Positions 61,925 through 64,000 of a stretch of 64,000 bases of DNA are shown here, piece by piece (the stretch's first letter is position 1; each line of letters opens with the position of its first letter). The stretch comes from Rhodobacterales bacterium. GTDB lineage: Bacteria > Pseudomonadota > Alphaproteobacteria > Rhodobacterales > Rhodobacteraceae. The position numbers and the translations under genes were made by a program. Under the pieces are notes generated by a model. That model worked only from the letters and a program-made list of their open reading frames with translations, was not told the DNA's origin and ran no database searches. The stretch covers positions 12,510 to 76,509 of the forward strand of contig JAJLKH010000096.1 of the NCBI GenBank assembly GCA_033839205.1. The letters are read 5' to 3'.

Positions 61925-62683
61925 ATGACGACCGAGACCCCCGATCTAATCCCCGCAACAGATATCTATGGTGGCGTCCGACTGAGTACGGATATGGCCC
62001 CCGAGATGGGAACCATGTCTGCGCCCAAGGGCGTGGCGCTGGTGCTGCATGGCTTTGATCTGATGAAAAACCACCAACCCGGGCAGGCCTTGCTTGTCGC
62101 CGTGGACTGGCTTCGATTCAAGCTTGAGAAACAGGGCTATCAGGTCATCTTCGGGCGCTACAACACCCATCAATCGTTCATCTATGGCGCGCAGGAAATC
62201 GCAGCATACCTCAAGAACAACAATGTTCCGACGAACAACCTGTCGATTTTCGCCTATTCGATGGGCGGACTTGTCGCCCGCCAGATGATCGCGAATGGGC
62301 TGAAGCCCAAACGTCTTTTCACCTATTGCACGCCGCACCTGGGCACCATGTTGCATGTGCCCCCGATCAACCACGGCGCCATGTCGATGATGCCCATCAG
62401 CCAGGATCTGGGCAAACTCAACAAGAATGCGACCGAGGCAGCCTTGCGCGGCAATGTGACGGCAATCGGTTTCAGCCATGCCAACCCTTCGCCGCAACTG
62501 CATGACGGCGTGGTGGACATCAATTCGGCCACGGGTGTCGGCCTTGGTTTCGGGCGGCCGGTGCATTGGTTGTCGATGCGCGTCGGGCCGCAATTGCCGC
62601 TTGATCCCCATGGGGCGGTGCAGAACCTGCCGGATATCGAGCCTGCCCTGTCGATGTTCGTCGGGGACGTTCTGAAAGGCTGA
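61925..62683 (+). CDS. Alpha/beta hydrolase, lipase/esterase-like (GxSxG)
   Basis: The nucleophile elbow is FAYSMGGLVAR (Ser codon 62258..62260), with an upstream LVLHGF strand. Candidate acid and base residues are in HDGVVD and DPHGAV. There is no signal peptide. GC is lower than in the flanks. Confidence 0.68.
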   Translation: MTTETPDLIPATDIYGGVRLSTDMAPEMGTMSAPKGVALVLHGFDLMKNHQPGQALLVAVDWLRFKLEKQGYQVIFGRYNTHQSFIYGAQEIAAYLKNNNVPTNNLSIFAYSMGGLVARQMIANGLKPKRLFTYCTPHLGTMLHVPPINHGAMSMMPISQDLGKLNKNATEAALRGNVTAIGFSHANPSPQLHDGVVDINSATGVGLGFGRPVHWLSMRVGPQLPLDPHGAVQNLPDIEPALSMFVGDVLKG

Positions 62684-62687
62684 CACG

Positions 62688-63089
62688 ATGCTGGAACCCA
62701 GCCCCGAAGACCCAAGGCGGTTCATGCCACGGGTCCGCTTCGACGGCACCGCCATAGAGTTCGAGGCGATGTGCCTGATCCGTTGGGACATCAACCTGCT
62801 GTTGATCGCGGTTCGGCCATTCGAAAATCATCTGCCTCGGGATGACATGGCGATGGCCCCCTATGTTCCGCCCGCAGACCTGAGCAGCTACAAATCGCGC
62901 AACCCGAATTTCCAGTTCATCTGCGAAGTCGACCAGCGCAACGGATTTGACCGCGCGACAAAGGTAACGGCCTCTGGCCGCCTGACCAACAGCAAGGACC
63001 AAAAGGACTTTTTCGACGACGCGTGTTTCTTTCAGGACTTCCTGCCCGAGGACTTGGACGACACCACCCGCATGCCTTACGACAGCTGA
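62688..63089 (+). CDS. Hypothetical protein (133 aa), operonic with the hydrolase
   Basis: The ATG lies 4 nt after the hydrolase stop. I see no TM segment, signal peptide or recognisable family. The C-terminus is acidic. Confidence 0.5.
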   Translation: MLEPSPEDPRRFMPRVRFDGTAIEFEAMCLIRWDINLLLIAVRPFENHLPRDDMAMAPYVPPADLSSYKSRNPNFQFICEVDQRNGFDRATKVTASGRLTNSKDQKDFFDDACFFQDFLPEDLDDTTRMPYDS

Positions 63090-63099
63090 TCGCGTCCGG

Positions 63100-64000
63100 T
63101 TAGATAATCTCGTCCTCGTCGAACAGTGGCGGCGCCTCCATCTGCGCTGCTACCATTTCCAATGCAGCCTCGGCATGGGCGACCTTGGGCGTTTCAGCCA
63201 CGTGGAACAACGCGTCGCCCTCGTTCACGACAGGCATGTTGCTGCGCCCCACGATGATCCCGTTGGACTGTGCCGCGATCTCGACCTCGGCCACGCCGAA
63301 AGGGTCGGATACCGCGCCAAGCACTGTTCCCGCTTCAACAAGATCGCCGATCCCGCGATAGGTGCGCAGCAGACCGCCGGCGGGCGCGCGGTACCAGCTT
63401 GATCTTGTGCAGGTCACCGGACGCGCGCGCAGGCGCGGCACGCCTTTGGGGCCGATCATCCCCAGGCTCTGCATCACCCGCAGGATACCGGACAACCCGG
63501 CGCGCGCCGCCAATTCGTCAAAACGCAGCCCTTCGCCCGCCTCGTAAAGCAGCACATCCACACCCGCCGCCTCGGCCGCCATGCGCAGTGATCCGTCGCG
63601 CAGCTTGGAGTGCAGCATGACAGGCGCACCGAAGGCCTGGCCCAGCGCCTCAAGCCGCGCATTGCCCGGCGTCAGGCGGATCTGAGGCAGGTTCGACCGC
63701 TGCACGGCGGCCGAATGCAGATCGATCCCGAAATCCGAGCGGCTGACGATCTGGCTGAGAAAGATATGCGCCAGCCGCGCGCCCAGCGATCCCTCGGCAG
63801 ATCCGGGAAAACAGCGGTTCAGGTCGCGCCGATCCGGCAGGTAGCGCGAGTGGTTCAGGAAACCGAAGGTGTTCACGATCGGCACCGCCAGCAGCGTGCC
63901 GGCCATGCGTTCCAGGTTGGGCGCGCGCAGCAGGCGGCGCACGATCTCGACCCCGATCACCTCGTCGCCATGGATCGCAGCGGATACGAACATCACCGGC
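63100..64000 (-). CDS. Succinylglutamate desuccinylase/aspartoacylase (AstE/AspA, M14-like) family protein, N-terminus outside the window
   Basis: The motifs AAIHGDEVIGVEI and RRDLNRCFPGS are present. The frame is open to the window edge. Confidence 0.8.
   Translation of the reverse strand, partial: PVMFVSAAIHGDEVIGVEIVRRLLRAPNLERMAGTLLAVPIVNTFGFLNHSRYLPDRRDLNRCFPGSAEGSLGARLAHIFLSQIVSRSDFGIDLHSAAVQRSNLPQIRLTPGNARLEALGQAFGAPVMLHSKLRDGSLRMAAEAAGVDVLLYEAGEGLRFDELAARAGLSGILRVMQSLGMIGPKGVPRLRARPVTCTRSSWYRAPAGGLLRTYRGIGDLVEAGTVLGAVSDPFGVAEVEIAAQSNGIIVGRSNMPVVNEGDALFHVAETPKVAHAEAALEMVAAQMEAPPLFDEDEII

Overview
This is a high-GC chromosomal segment: my hand counts on 60-nt lines give about 65-67% GC in housekeeping genes. 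Gene content and order look alphaproteobacterial, of the Rhodobacterales type. I call about 52 densely packed protein-coding genes. By eye I saw no rRNA, tRNA, CRISPR array, transposase or integrase.

Most of the window is core housekeeping:
- DNA and RNA metabolism: recQ (partial), rlmN, rnr, rppH, rsmB, rbfA, truB, rpsO, pnp.
- Serine biosynthesis: serA, serC, serB.
- Lysine/DAP pathway: dapD, dapE, dapB.
- Central and purine metabolism: gpmI, purH, a thiolase.
- Envelope functions: an alpha-2-macroglobulin/pbpC pair, a lytic transglycosylase, ctpA, an EnvC-like M23 protein, lspA, an M16 peptidase pair.

The parts that do not look like core genome are:
1. Three Hint/bacterial-intein-like (BIL) domain genes. 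One is a singleton at 18679..19668. The other two form a translationally coupled pair at 26711..29411, wedged between dapD and dapE. Both loci are preceded by the only two perfect CtrA-type TTAA-N7-TTAA(C) boxes I found in the window.
2. A lower-GC two-gene islet after the pnp terminator (61925..63089), encoding a lipase-like alpha/beta hydrolase plus an unrecognisable partner.
3. An orphan dnaE2 (35704..38631) that appears truncated at its 3' end. It has a near-consensus alphaproteobacterial SOS box and no imuA/imuB.
4. Extra genes inserted into the conserved rbfA-truB-rpsO-pnp array: DUF2233, DUF1643, DUF5665 and a small RTX protein.

All functional calls rest on motif and family recognition by eye. 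No database search was run.
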